Positions 25,054 to 35,581 of a stretch of 45,967 nt of DNA are shown in pieces. The notes beneath the pieces were generated by a model that was given only the letters and a program-made list of their open reading frames with translations, was not told where the DNA came from and searched no databases. A program made the position numbers and the translations under genes. The stretch is from Octopus sinensis. Its lineage: Eukaryota. Each line of letters opens with the position of its first letter. Position 1 is the stretch's first letter. The stretch spans positions 1 to 45,967 of the forward strand of contig NW_021834497.1 of assembly GCF_006345805.1 (NCBI RefSeq), given 5' to 3'.

Positions 25054-25054
<1 letters not shown>
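22571..25054. repeat. Tandem array: three ~765-792-bp units plus a 136-bp partial unit
   Basis: TAATCAGCCGAAATTACTACG recurs at 22571, 23362, 24127 and 24919; units differ mainly by small indels. Confidence 0.95.
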
Positions 25055-25129
<75 letters not shown>

Positions 25130-25355
25130 GTGTGTGTGTGTATGTGTGTGTTTGTGTGTCTGTGTTTGTCCCCCTAGCATTGCTTGACAACCGATGCTGG
25201 TGTGTTTACTTCCCCGTCACTTAGCGGTTCGGCAAAAAGAGACCGATAGAATAAATACTGGGCTTACAAAGAATAAGTCCCGGGGTCGATTTGCTTGACT
25301 ATAAAAGGCGGTGCTCCCACATGGCCGCAGTCAAATGACTGAAACAAGTAAAGAG
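25055..25355 (+). mobile_element. SINE family A, internal microsatellite and 3' half
   Basis: TGTCTGTGTTTGTCCCCTAGCATTGC...CAGTCAAATGACTGAAACAAGTAAAGAG completes the element begun at 22406. Confidence 0.92.
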
Positions 25356-25559
25356 TTTACCCCCAAAGAAACAGGAATTTTGCAATATTATTTTATTCAC
25401 TTAGTTTTACATGTTTACACTTTTATCGCCTTCGAATTATTCTCCTTTTGAAGCAATGCATCGGTCCAGACAACAACAACAACAACAACAACAACAATAA
25501 TAATAATAATAATAATAATAACATCGAAAAATACCTTAGGAATAAGAACCCAGGTTCGA

Positions 25560-25761
25560 AAATTCTGCCTTTCATCCTTTCGGGGTCGATAAATAAAGTA
25601 CCAGTTACGCACTGGGGTCGATATAATCAACTTAATCCGTTTGTCTGTCCTTGTTTGTCTCTTCTATGTTTAGCCCCTTGTGGGTAGTAAAGAAATAAGA
25701 AAACGTTCCCAGTTACTTTTGGGCACTCCCTCGTATAAGCTGTTTATATACAGACAAGTGA
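25560..25761 (+). repeat. Diverged direct duplicate of ~27011-27227 (SINE B 3' half, mariner end and flank)
   Basis: Both copies end GTTACTTTTGGGCACTCCCTCGTATAAGCTGTT.ATATACAGACAAGTGA. Confidence 0.85.
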
Positions 25762-26204
25762 TGCCTTTTAACGCCTTCGTCGTCTTCTTTTTTTTCCTTC
25801 ACCTCTTCCACATCTGAAAATTCCGTGGCACTAGACTTCGTCACCAGTGATGACCTTCGTAAAAAAAACGTCCGGTTCAACTTCCAACTGTTCTTTCAGT
25901 CGTGACTGTTTTTTGATCTTCCGTGAGCAAGTGAAGCACCAATTTTATCTGTAACTCTTTTTATTCGCAATTCTTCGCTCAAATTTCGTTCGGAGGAGCT
26001 CCAGTACATACCAGTCATATCAACAAGCTCGTCAGTTTTTCGGCGACGATCTTTCAGGATCAGTTCATGAATTTCATGAGGTCTTCGTTCGTTCGTGAGG
26101 TCAACGATCGCCCTGAACGAGGTTGGTCTTCAAGCGACAAATGATCCTTCCTAAAGCGTGAAAACCGCTCGTAAACTTGTGTTTTGCTCATGGCAACATC
26201 CATG

Positions 26205-26472
26205 TAAGCTTATTTACATTATTTACATTTGGCCTCATCTTGTTCGTTGTTAACACAACGTTCCGGCTGACATACCCTCCAACCTTCTTTACTACACTAT
26301 ATGCGCACGGGCATATGGCGTAGTGGTTAAGAGCGCTGGCTACTAATCCCAAGATTCCGAGTTCGATTCCAAGCAGTGACCTGAACAACAACAACAACAA
26401 CAACAACAACAATAATAATAATAACAATAACAATAATAATAATAACAATAATAACAATAACAATAACAATAA

Positions 26473-26504
<32 letters not shown>

Positions 26505-26702
26505 ATAATAATAATAATAATAATTATAATAACATCGAAAAATACCTTAGGAATAAGAACCCAGGTTCGAAATTTCCCCTGAAGAAGGATGGAAGGTATA
26601 TCAGCCGAAACGTTGTGTTAACAACAAAGATGACAAATATCCCTCGAATGTAAATAATGTAAATAATGTACATAATTCTTCATCTCTTAAATATAGAACT
26701 GT
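26205..26702 (+). mobile_element. tRNA-headed SINE-like element with a hammerhead-like 3' part and an inverted copy of that part at its left end; 7-bp TSD
   Basis: TSD ATCCATG (26198-26204 / 26703-26709); A box TGGCGTAGTGG and B box GAGTTCGATTCC (26316-26370); CTGAAGA-A-GGATG..CAGCC-GAAACGTT at 26579-26614; 26210-26289 is the reverse complement of the 3' part. Confidence 0.75.
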
Positions 26703-26933
26703 ATCCATGGAAACTGTCTGAAGCATGACAACTGTCTCGGCCGTCGTTTTTCCCCATAGGAAGCAGAATTTCACAGAAGCACATTGTTCCTTCGTTTCAG
26801 CCATGGCAAAAGTCGACGAACAGGGGAGAAGCACTGCAAAACAAAGACGCACCAAGTGGTAGTACGACCCCACCGGATGACGACGCTCGGCAGAATTATG
26901 CCTGAACTCACAGAAAACGTTTCCAGTTGAAAG

Positions 26934-27161
26934 GCAGCGAGCTGGCGGAAACGTTACCACGCTGGGCGAAATGCTTAGCAGTATTTCGTCTGTCTTTACG
27001 TTCTGAGTTCAAATTCTGCCGAGGTCGACTTTGCCTTTCATCCTTTCGGGATCGATAAATAAAGTACCAGTTATGCACTGGGGTCGATGTAATCGACTTA
27101 ATCCGTTTGTCTGTCTTTGTTTGTCTCCTATATGTTTAGCCCCTTCTTGGCAGTGAAGAAA
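26934..27161 (+). mobile_element. SINE family B, full length, inserted in the mariner 5' region
   Basis: Head, CORE-like domain and AAGAAATA tail; flanked by AGAAAACG(T/G)TTCCAGTT (~17-bp TSD, 1 mismatch). Confidence 0.9.
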
Positions 27162-28000
27162 TAAGAAAACGGTTCCAGTTACTTTTGGGCACTCCCTCGT
27201 ATAAGCTGTTCATATACAGACAAGTGAGTTGTTTCAAGGATGTTAAATGTAGTATATTTTCCTTGTTTAAGTTAGTAAGTGAAAGGGATGAGTAAGTGGG
27301 GGAGGGGCCGGATTAAGTGTTCCGTACATTAACATGTTCTCCCAGAATGATGTAATTAATGCGGTTAATGTTCAAGATGGTCAGCCCGTAAATCATTGGA
27401 TATCTCAGTGGTCACTGTTTTGGAGAACAAAGGACTGGCGAAAGGCATAAATGTAGCGTCAAGAAGGTAAGACGGGTGTAACGGTTTGACTAGGGTGGTG
27501 AGGATATGGAGTCAACTGAATCGGGAGAAGAGTCCATGAGATAGAGGAGGTAGGAGTTTGGTGATCATTAAATCTATAAGGATTAATACACGCACGCACA
27601 TATAGGCCCACACACGCAGAGGGTCACACATAGACACACACACACACACGCACACACACACACAGAGGCACACATATCCTCATGTGCACACACACACATA
27701 CACACACACTCACATTCTTATATATGTGTATGCATGTTTGTATACGTATGTATATATATATATATATGTGTCTGTGTGTGTGTGTGTCTGTATATATATA
27801 GGTGAGAGAGTATGTGTGAATGTTCATACAACTATATGAATATATATATACATATACATACATACATGCATACATACACACACACACATATATGTGTGTG
27901 TGTGTGTGCGTAGGCACGTATATATATTATAGAGCATCTTTAGAATTAAGCAGGTGATTCAAAGACGAAGATTTTAAAGATCTGTGTGTCTGCAATGCAT

Positions 28001-28032
<32 letters not shown>

Positions 28033-28035
28033 TTT

Positions 28036-28074
<39 letters not shown>

Positions 28075-28214
28075 TGTGTGTGTATGTTTGTGCGTGTATG
28101 TGTGTTTTTGTGCATGTGAGTGTGTTTTTGTGCATGTGAGTGTTTGTGTGCATGTTTGTAGGAATTATTTATGCAGCTTTCAGTTCAGATTATCGTATAT
28201 TAGTTGAATATTCT

Positions 28215-28675
28215 GTTTGAGTTAGTCATCAGTGACAATTACTCCAGAATGCTTTCGCTTTGTGGTTATAAACGGTGGCAGTTACTTTCTCCCTCAGCTT
28301 TGCTGCAATTTTATGCCGAGCGCTAAACCAATGCGTAAGCTGTATCATATATGAGGGGGTGGTAAGTTCTGCCCTCACCATCCCCGTAACATTTTTTAAC
28401 CTGTCTTTCAAGCTGCTTTTTTTGTTATAGGCAGCCTGCAGGTTCTAAAGTGCAATGCGCGGTTTTGATATGCAAATCTTACTCTCAAGCTGTTTGTGCA
28501 GGACTTCATCTCGGCAAGATGTCTATTTAAGTTAGCTGTTGTCACATTCCTATCACCTGTCGATCTTAATAGTGCAAACAGCTTTGGCGTCGTCAGTGTA
28601 GCAGTGCGGCTCATTTTTGACAGGAGTTGAGGAGACCATCTACAAAGAGTGAGAATAGTAACGAACCTGATAAAT
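28215..28675 (-). pseudogene. Very degenerate CR1/L2-type RT relic
   Basis: Frame-hopping gives LLFSLFV..YTDDAK/LFALL..LNRHL..LHF and KHSGVIVTDD, resembling LFxxFINDL, YADDxKL and KDLGVIV; spacing is irregular. Confidence 0.35.
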
Positions 28676-28760
28676 AAGTTCATACATGCATACATACATA
28701 CATACATACATACATACATACATACATACATACAAAACGCGCACCCACACATGTATGGAG

Positions 28761-28818
28761 TAGTCACTACTGATGAGCTTGTAATTTTGAAGCGAAACTA
28801 GTCTAGTATAGTGATCTA
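28761..28818 (+). ncRNA. Minimal type I hammerhead ribozyme with intact core
   Basis: GTCACTA-CTGATGA-GCTT(GTAATTTTG)AAGC-GAAA-CTAG(T)CTAG-TA-TAGTGAT; GUA triplet, predicted cut after 28808. Confidence 0.85.
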
Positions 28819-28913
28819 TCTTCGCTGTGGGGTAGTCATCTCCCCTGTCAGTAAATGAACATGTGCTTTCTTGCGGCTCTAGGGGGTCTTTAACTCTTAT
28901 TTCTAGCAATATA

Positions 28914-30403
28914 GGCTTACACCCACGGGTTATCAAAGCGTTGGCTCCGGTCATCTGCGAGCCCTTAACACGTCTATTCAATATGTCATTGGCGACAGGT
29001 GTTATACCTGCGGACTGGAGAACAGCGATAATCTGCCCAATTTTCAAGAAAGGGAGCCGCGAAGACACGCTTAACTACCGACCGGTTTCCCTTACATCAA
29101 TAATCAGCAAGATGTTCGAAACCATCCTTAAGAAAAGTATGATGCTCCACCTCCAAAACACAGCCTCCATCTCTGATTCCCAACACGGCTTCGTGCCGAA
29201 GAGATCATGCTTGACCAACTTACTGGTAATGGAAGAATTGGTGACGCGCATCCTCGATGATAGTGATGCTGTTGACATCGTTTTATTGGACTTTGCCAAA
29301 GCTTTTGACTCGGTAAACCACCGCCTATTACTTGTCAAGCTTCAAGCATATAGTTTCCATTCGGATATTGTACGATGGGTTGGTGCCTTCCTCTCAGATC
29401 GCTCCTTCCAAGTCCAAGTTAATGGTTCGCGGTCCGACGACTCCAGTGCGAGCAGTGGCGTGCCTCAAGGTTCAGTGCTTGGGCCCTTATTGTTCTTAGT
29501 CTTCATAAATGACTTGCCCGACGACCTCACGCAACACACCCTTCTATTTTCCGACGATGTATAACTGGTCGCTCCTCGCGGTGATATAGAGGATCTTCGT
29601 CGATGCCTCCACCAAATTTGGAGGTGGTCTAACGAATGGGACCTGTGTTTGAACGTGTCAAAGTGCTGTCATCTGCCTGTTGGCTCTCCTCCTGCAACTC
29701 AACTTGATTTCGAGCCGGGTCGTCTGCTGCTGGAGAAGACCGATCAGGTAAAGGACCTGGGTATCTTGGTGGATTCCTCCTTTTCGCCTTCGGCCCAGTG
29801 CGTCCATGCTGCCAACAAAGCACGCGGAATTCTGTTCTTGATTCGACGGTCATTCGGAATGCTCACAGCAGCCATATTCCTACCACTCTATGTCACGCTG
29901 GTGAGACCCATATTGGAATACGGGATTCAAGCCTCTTTTCCTTATCTCCTCAAAGACATACAGCATCTCGAAAGAGTCCAGAAGCTGGCTACCCGCATGG
30001 TTCATGGTCTCAAAAATTTGTCCTATGAAGAAAGGCTGAGGACGCTCGACCTTTATTCTCTAGAAAAACGCCGCCGCCGTGGTGATCTCATTCTCGCCCA
30101 CAGCATCATAAGAGCTGTTCTTCACTCCTGCTCCAGAGCGTCGGCTGCAGGGTCATTCCGAAAAGCTCTACCTGCGACGATTTCATCTCAATCGAAGGAG
30201 AGGAGCTTTCTCCGTCCGGGTAGCGGATCCGTGGAACAAGCTGCCAGACGAGATGGTGAAGATGCCGACAACCGCTTTGTTCAAAGCCTCCCTTGACCTC
30301 AAGTGGCCTGAACTCTTTACATGAACACCACCCTGTACTTAACTCCATGTCCCCCTACATGGCCTTGCTATTTGCTTTTGAGCCAAATTAACTAACTAAC
30401 TAA
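28914..30403 (+). mobile_element. 5'-truncated CR1-clade LINE: RT and C-terminus, 3' UTR stem-loop, (TAAC)n tail
   Basis: NYRPVSLTS, QHGFVPKRSC, LDFAKAFDSV, GVPQGSVLGP, FSDD, ERVQKLATR, RRRRGDLI; one in-frame stop (29562-29564) and one frameshift (~30110); end stop 30322-30324; hairpin CCATGT/ACATGG 30345-30362; tail 30389-30403. Confidence 0.93.
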
Positions 30404-30485
30404 TTAAGGTGCTATCCGGCATCCTCAGTCACAGTTAGTGACAATTGAATTTTTCCTTTTTGGTTTTATAACGCGTACAGCTGCC

Positions 30486-30802
30486 TAAACGTGGCTTAGT
30501 GGTTAGAGCATTCCACTCATGATCGTAAGGTCGTAAGTTCAATTCCCGGCGACGCATTGTGTCCTTGAGCAAGACACTTTATTTCACGTTGCTCCAGTCC
30601 ACTCAGCTGGCAAAAGTGAGTTGTGTCTGTATTTCGATGGGCCAGCTTTTTCACAATCTGTGTCATGCTGAATCTCCCTGAGAACTACGTTAAGGGTACA
30701 GGTGTCTGTGGAGTGCCCAGCCACTTGCACGTTAATTTCACGAGCAAGCTGTTCCGTTGATCGTATCAACTGGGACCCTTGTCGCCGTAACCGACGGAGT
30801 GC
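30486..30802 (+). mobile_element. SINE family C variant (head 2 plus module X)
   Basis: GTGGCTTAGTGG...AAGTTCAATTCC head, GTCCTTGAGCAAGACACTTT..GCTCCAGTCCACTCAGCTGG, then module X. Confidence 0.88.
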
Positions 30803-30808
30803 TCCTAA

Positions 30809-30855
<47 letters not shown>

Positions 30856-32709
30856 AAAGGAAAATACGCACTCTTTACATAGTTTTAATATAATTTTTAA
30901 TATATCGACCGGTTTTGCTATCGCTATTCATGATATTATGTTTTACTTATTTGAATATGTATTTTCTTAAGAAGACATTTTGTCCATGTTGTGTGAGATG
31001 ATATTTACGAGTGACTGACTTCACAAGTAGAAATATATGCGGAGGTAATTGGTTATTGTTATTATTGTTATTGTTGTGGGCAAGGGAGATAACTGTTCAG
31101 CTTTCGGTATGGGGAAGGGAATGTATATGTACAGACAAAAACAGGTTTCGAAAAACTTGTTTAGTGAGGAGATTAATGTACAGTGATGTAATCGTGAATT
31201 GAAATATGTAAAAAGATAAAAGTTGGTTATGCGTGCATATTAAGACGTGTTCTGTATTTTTCAATGAAAAAAGTTTCTTTATTTAAACGCTTATATATAT
31301 ATAAAATTGAAGTTTTCTCTCTCTCTCTGTCTCTCTCTCTGTGTGGGTGTGGGTGTGTGTACAAAAATTTAATGTACTTCAATAACATCTACATCTTTTA
31401 TCTGATTTCGTTAAAATTATATACACAGCTGCTTCATATCCCAGACACGAACATAGGCTACTTAGATTTTTTAAAATTGATATTGGGGCCTCGAGAGCGA
31501 TGGGAAACCAACAATAGATGATTCCTATTCATTTGCATTATAAACTCTAGGGTCTTCCATACTTTTTAATCTTTTATAAAAAGTGAAAAGATTTTGTCTA
31601 TTTATTTCCACTATCCACCAGCGACGGTGATTGAATTGACTAGGAACACTGAACGCATACATTTTCACAATTCTCAACCGATTTTCACCAAACTTTACAC
31701 ACACATTACTTATGTCCCCGGGATGGTCATGCACTAAACATTTCCCCAAGGTCTCCCACGTAACTGGACCTAAATGGACATAGTTTTTTGTATGTAGGGG
31801 CCTACGATATCTTTTTGATCTTTTTATAAAAATGAAAGGATTTTGTCTATTCATTTATTTCGACCTATTAAATTGACTAGGAACACTGTACCCAACGAAT
31901 ATTCAATACCAAACAATATTAATCTCCATACTTAAACTGCATTAAACCTTAGCAAGCTCACCTTTACCTATACTAAGTTACTTGAAAGGTGATGTTCTCT
32001 TCCCTCTCTTCTATTTGTTAATAGCTTTGCTTACCTACCAATGCATTGTTTCACTTTAAGGATGCTTATTTACCCATCCATTATGATATTTCAATTGTTG
32101 TCCATTATTTCAAATACGTTTTAACATTGTCGTTCTAGCCTTTTTTAAAGCAATCTCATGTGATTCGTCCCATTGAACCAACCTTTAAATAAGGGTTTTG
32201 CTTCTGCTAGCGAAAACTACACGTATCTTCCAGAAAGCCCCACACCAATTTAATTTTATGCATCATTCGCTGTTAGCCTATGCGCAGGCTATGTGGGAAG
32301 ACAGAATAAAGGGGATTTTGTTAGCTTATCTCTCTGAAGAAATAGCTCCTTTGCTGATAAAAAAAAAAAAAATATTTGCATAGCGAAAATTTCAACGTCT
32401 TCCTTCAATTTCATTACGCTATACATGTGGCTGTTTCTGACAAGAAATTTCGCTTTTATATACAACAGTTGGATTTTGTAGTCATTATCCGTAATCTGTT
32501 CTCAAAAACACATCAGTATCTCTACTTTGCATCGCTTGCAAACTTATATGTTCTATGAACATTGAAGTACAACGACCTCCACAATAACCGACCTTCAATT
32601 TGATTCTCCGTTCCAAGGTTAATCGGAAACGTAGATTGCCGTGCGACTCATAAACCTTATCGGTAGTTCAATAATTTGGTGAAAGAAATGCCACGAAAGC
32701 AACTTAAAA

Positions 32710-32736
32710 CGTCCAAAGGACGGGTGCGTTTGCTAG
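32710..32736 (+). mobile_element. Canonical Helitron 3' terminus; 5' extent undetermined, possibly back to ~31.5 kb
   Basis: Hairpin CGTCC-AAA-GGACG, 10-nt spacer, CTAG followed by T. Confidence 0.7.
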
Positions 32737-32752
32737 TATATATATATAATAG

Positions 32753-32784
<32 letters not shown>

Positions 32785-32833
32785 TGTAGTATGTATGTAT
32801 GTATGTATGTATGTATGTATATGTATATATATG

Positions 32834-32880
<47 letters not shown>

Positions 32881-33221
32881 GAAAGAAGAAAAGAAAATAA
32901 TGATAAGGAAGTTGACAATTATTATTAACAAGCTAGCTGGCCCCGTGGCGTAAAAAATGACGGCAATTGTATTATATTTATAAATAAGGTACTTTTTAAT
33001 GCCTTTTTAATATGGTTTTGTATTATATATTTATCATACATATACGTATTGTATTCCAATAAAAGTTGCAACTTTTAAATGTTTAAAATAGGACTAATTT
33101 ATCCAGTGCGTTTCCCATTTTAAAGACATAAATGTATGAACTGAAAGAACTTGGCTGATATTTTTAGCGGGTCCTATAACCACGAAGGGGATCTTTTATT
33201 GAGGCGTAATAATATATGATT

Positions 33222-33612
33222 GTTATCATTATCATCGTTTATCACTAGGTCAACACTGCTGATCAAAGTCGATACAGAGTTACAACCTCTTCTTTATTCT
33301 TACACAGTGCATCTTATTACTTTATGCGCCCTTTTCAAGCCTAGCCAGGTTCATGGGCCCGGTCTCCCGGTTTCTATGGCGTATGTGTTATCCCCAGTTG
33401 GACGGGACGCCAGTCCATCGCAGCGTTACTCAAGGAACAGGAAGAAAGATTGAGAGAAAGTTGGGGCGAAAGAGTACAACAGGGGTCGCCACCACTTCCT
33501 GCCGGAGCTTCGTCGAACTTTAGGTGTTTTCGCTCAATAAACACACAGAACGTCCGGTCTAAGGATCGAAACCCCGAGTCCTCTGCCCTAACCATTGGGC
33601 CATTGCGCCTCC
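33222..33612 (-). mobile_element. SINE with family-C head 1 and a V-domain-like 3' body
   Basis: Head matches ~3360-3552; minus strand has CTGCGATGGACTGGCGTCCCGTCC, recalled as V-SINE domain-like. Confidence 0.75.
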
Positions 33613-33943
33613 ACCCAGCGTGTCTAGAGTTACATTAACCGATATGTTCTCAAAAAATAGACTACAGGGCTTGATTCGAAGAACATCTACCTGGTATTTC
33701 TAGTATTTCTATTGAAAGCGTATAAGTTTCCTCGTTATTAAAAGTTATGGTGAAATAATCGCCATGCAAAATATATTAATCATACCTACTATACAGGTCA
33801 TCCCGTTACGAATGAAAGTTTAGATGTTAAGAAGTAAGTTCAGTCCGTTTATTACATGATTAGTCAGCGTCATATGTTTTTCTGGGATCCATGTGAAAAA
33901 TTCATGTTTCTTTTTTCTTATGCATGCGTATACTCTTTTACTC

Positions 33944-34001
<58 letters not shown>

Positions 34002-34051
34002 TCGAAAAATACCTTAGGAATAATAATAATGATGATGATGATGATAATACA

Positions 34052-34265
34052 CTTTTATTCTTTTAGTTATTTCAGTCATTTGACTGCGTGTGGTCATGAT
34101 GGAGCACCGCCTTTATAGTCAAGCGAATTGACTCCAGAGCTTATTCTTTGTAAGTATGGTACTTATTCTATCGGTCTCTTTTGCCGAACTGCTAAGTTAC
34201 GGGGACGTAAACACACAAGCATCGACTGTCAAGCGATACTGGGGGACAATCAGATGCACAAACAT

Positions 34266-34298
<33 letters not shown>

Positions 34299-34463
34299 CA
34301 CGAAGGGCTTCTTCCAGTTTCCGTCTACCAAATCCACTCACAAGGCTTTGGTCGGACCGAGGCTATAGAAAAAGACACTTGCCCAAGGTGCCAAGCACTG
34401 GGACTGAACCCGGGACCATATGGTTGGTAAGCAAACTACTTACCACAGAGCCACTCCTGCGCC
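34052..34463 (-). mobile_element. SINE family A (diverged)
   Basis: Reverse complement of the full family A layout. Confidence 0.9.
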
Positions 34464-34725
34464 TATATACATACATACATGCATTCCCCATTGACACACA
34501 TACACGCAAATATATATATATGTATGTATATGTTCATATATATACATGTATGTATGTATGCATGCATGTATGTATGTATTATGTATGTATGTATATATAT
34601 ATGTATGCACACACACATACACATACGCACACACACACACACATACAAGGTAATCTTTATATCTAACTTAATATGCAGGACTTGCTAGAACGCAGAATAC
34701 TGGTGTTTTAGCCTCTCGTGTTAGG

Positions 34726-35092
34726 GCATGATGCATAAAAGCTCAGACATATATTGTGAGAGGTACTTTAAAGGATAATACCGCAGTATTCTGCGTTGTG
34801 ACAAGACATCCATGCTAAGTTGGATACCAAGAATACCTCTTGGTACTAGTACATGTTTCTGCCACGAATATTTATTTTCTGATAAGCTTTTTGACTATTT
34901 TCGACGTTAAAGGCTGACAAGATACAGAAATTCTATATATCATGGCAGCGAGATTTGGCATGTATATGGTTACTGGATGCCTGCCATTGAGGAAGCCCAG
35001 TAGACTGAAATTACGTGATCTGGCTGTTCTGACACCCATAACAAACTATTCTCGTCCGCTGCGATATATATCTGAGCTTTTATGCACCATGC
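34726..35092. repeat. 29-bp inverted repeat pair with an associated diverged direct repeat
   Basis: 34726-34754 versus the reverse complement of 35064-35092: 2 mismatches. Confidence 0.7.
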
Positions 35093-35581
35093 ACCTATAT
35101 CAGAGGATCTCTGAAGGCTAATACCGCAGTATGTGGCGTTCTAACAAAAGACATCTACGTTAAGTTGGATTTAAAGATTGCTTTTTATTTGTAATACTAA
35201 TTCCGTCGCTAATAATTTATAGATATATATATAAAGAAAATGGAGGGGATACATCGGCCAGTAGACATTCTATTATGTCTATTTATTCTAAAACATAAGG
35301 AAATATTATAAGAATGCATACACATGCAAAGACTGTGTGTTACACACATATGTACTAGTAATACATACAAGAGTAAAAGATCAGTTCCTTGCGGCCGTTT
35401 TTGCCAAGAGGCCACGATATCCTCCATACTGTCTCCATCTCTTCAGTGTTCTGTAGAGATGGGTAGATAAAGTTTGGATGTTGAGTGTGCTTCTAGGCTT
35501 CTTCAGGTACTATCCCTTAGCTGGTTGGCTTCCCAACCTCCAGCATCTAGCTCTCACGGATATATATATATATATATATAC

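Larger units (their letters stand above)
25822..27199 (-). mobile_element. Mariner-type transposon relic (5' end and N-terminal transposase) split by two insertions
   Basis: End (TA)CGAGGGAGTGCCCAAAAGTAAC at 27199; MAETKEQCASVKFCFLWGKTTAETVVMLQTVSMD (26804-26703) continues VAMSKTQVYERF..EDQPRSGR..HLLTEDQK..KVITGDE (26200-25837). Confidence 0.85.

Noticed and set aside
22571-25054. CRISPR-like interpretation of the recurring units
   Set aside because: Units are ~790 bp of fully repeated sequence with no unique spacers, in a eukaryotic context with no cas genes.
26309-26382. tRNA genes at this and the other tRNA-like heads
   Set aside because: A/B boxes are present, but there is no complete cloverleaf and each continues into a SINE body.
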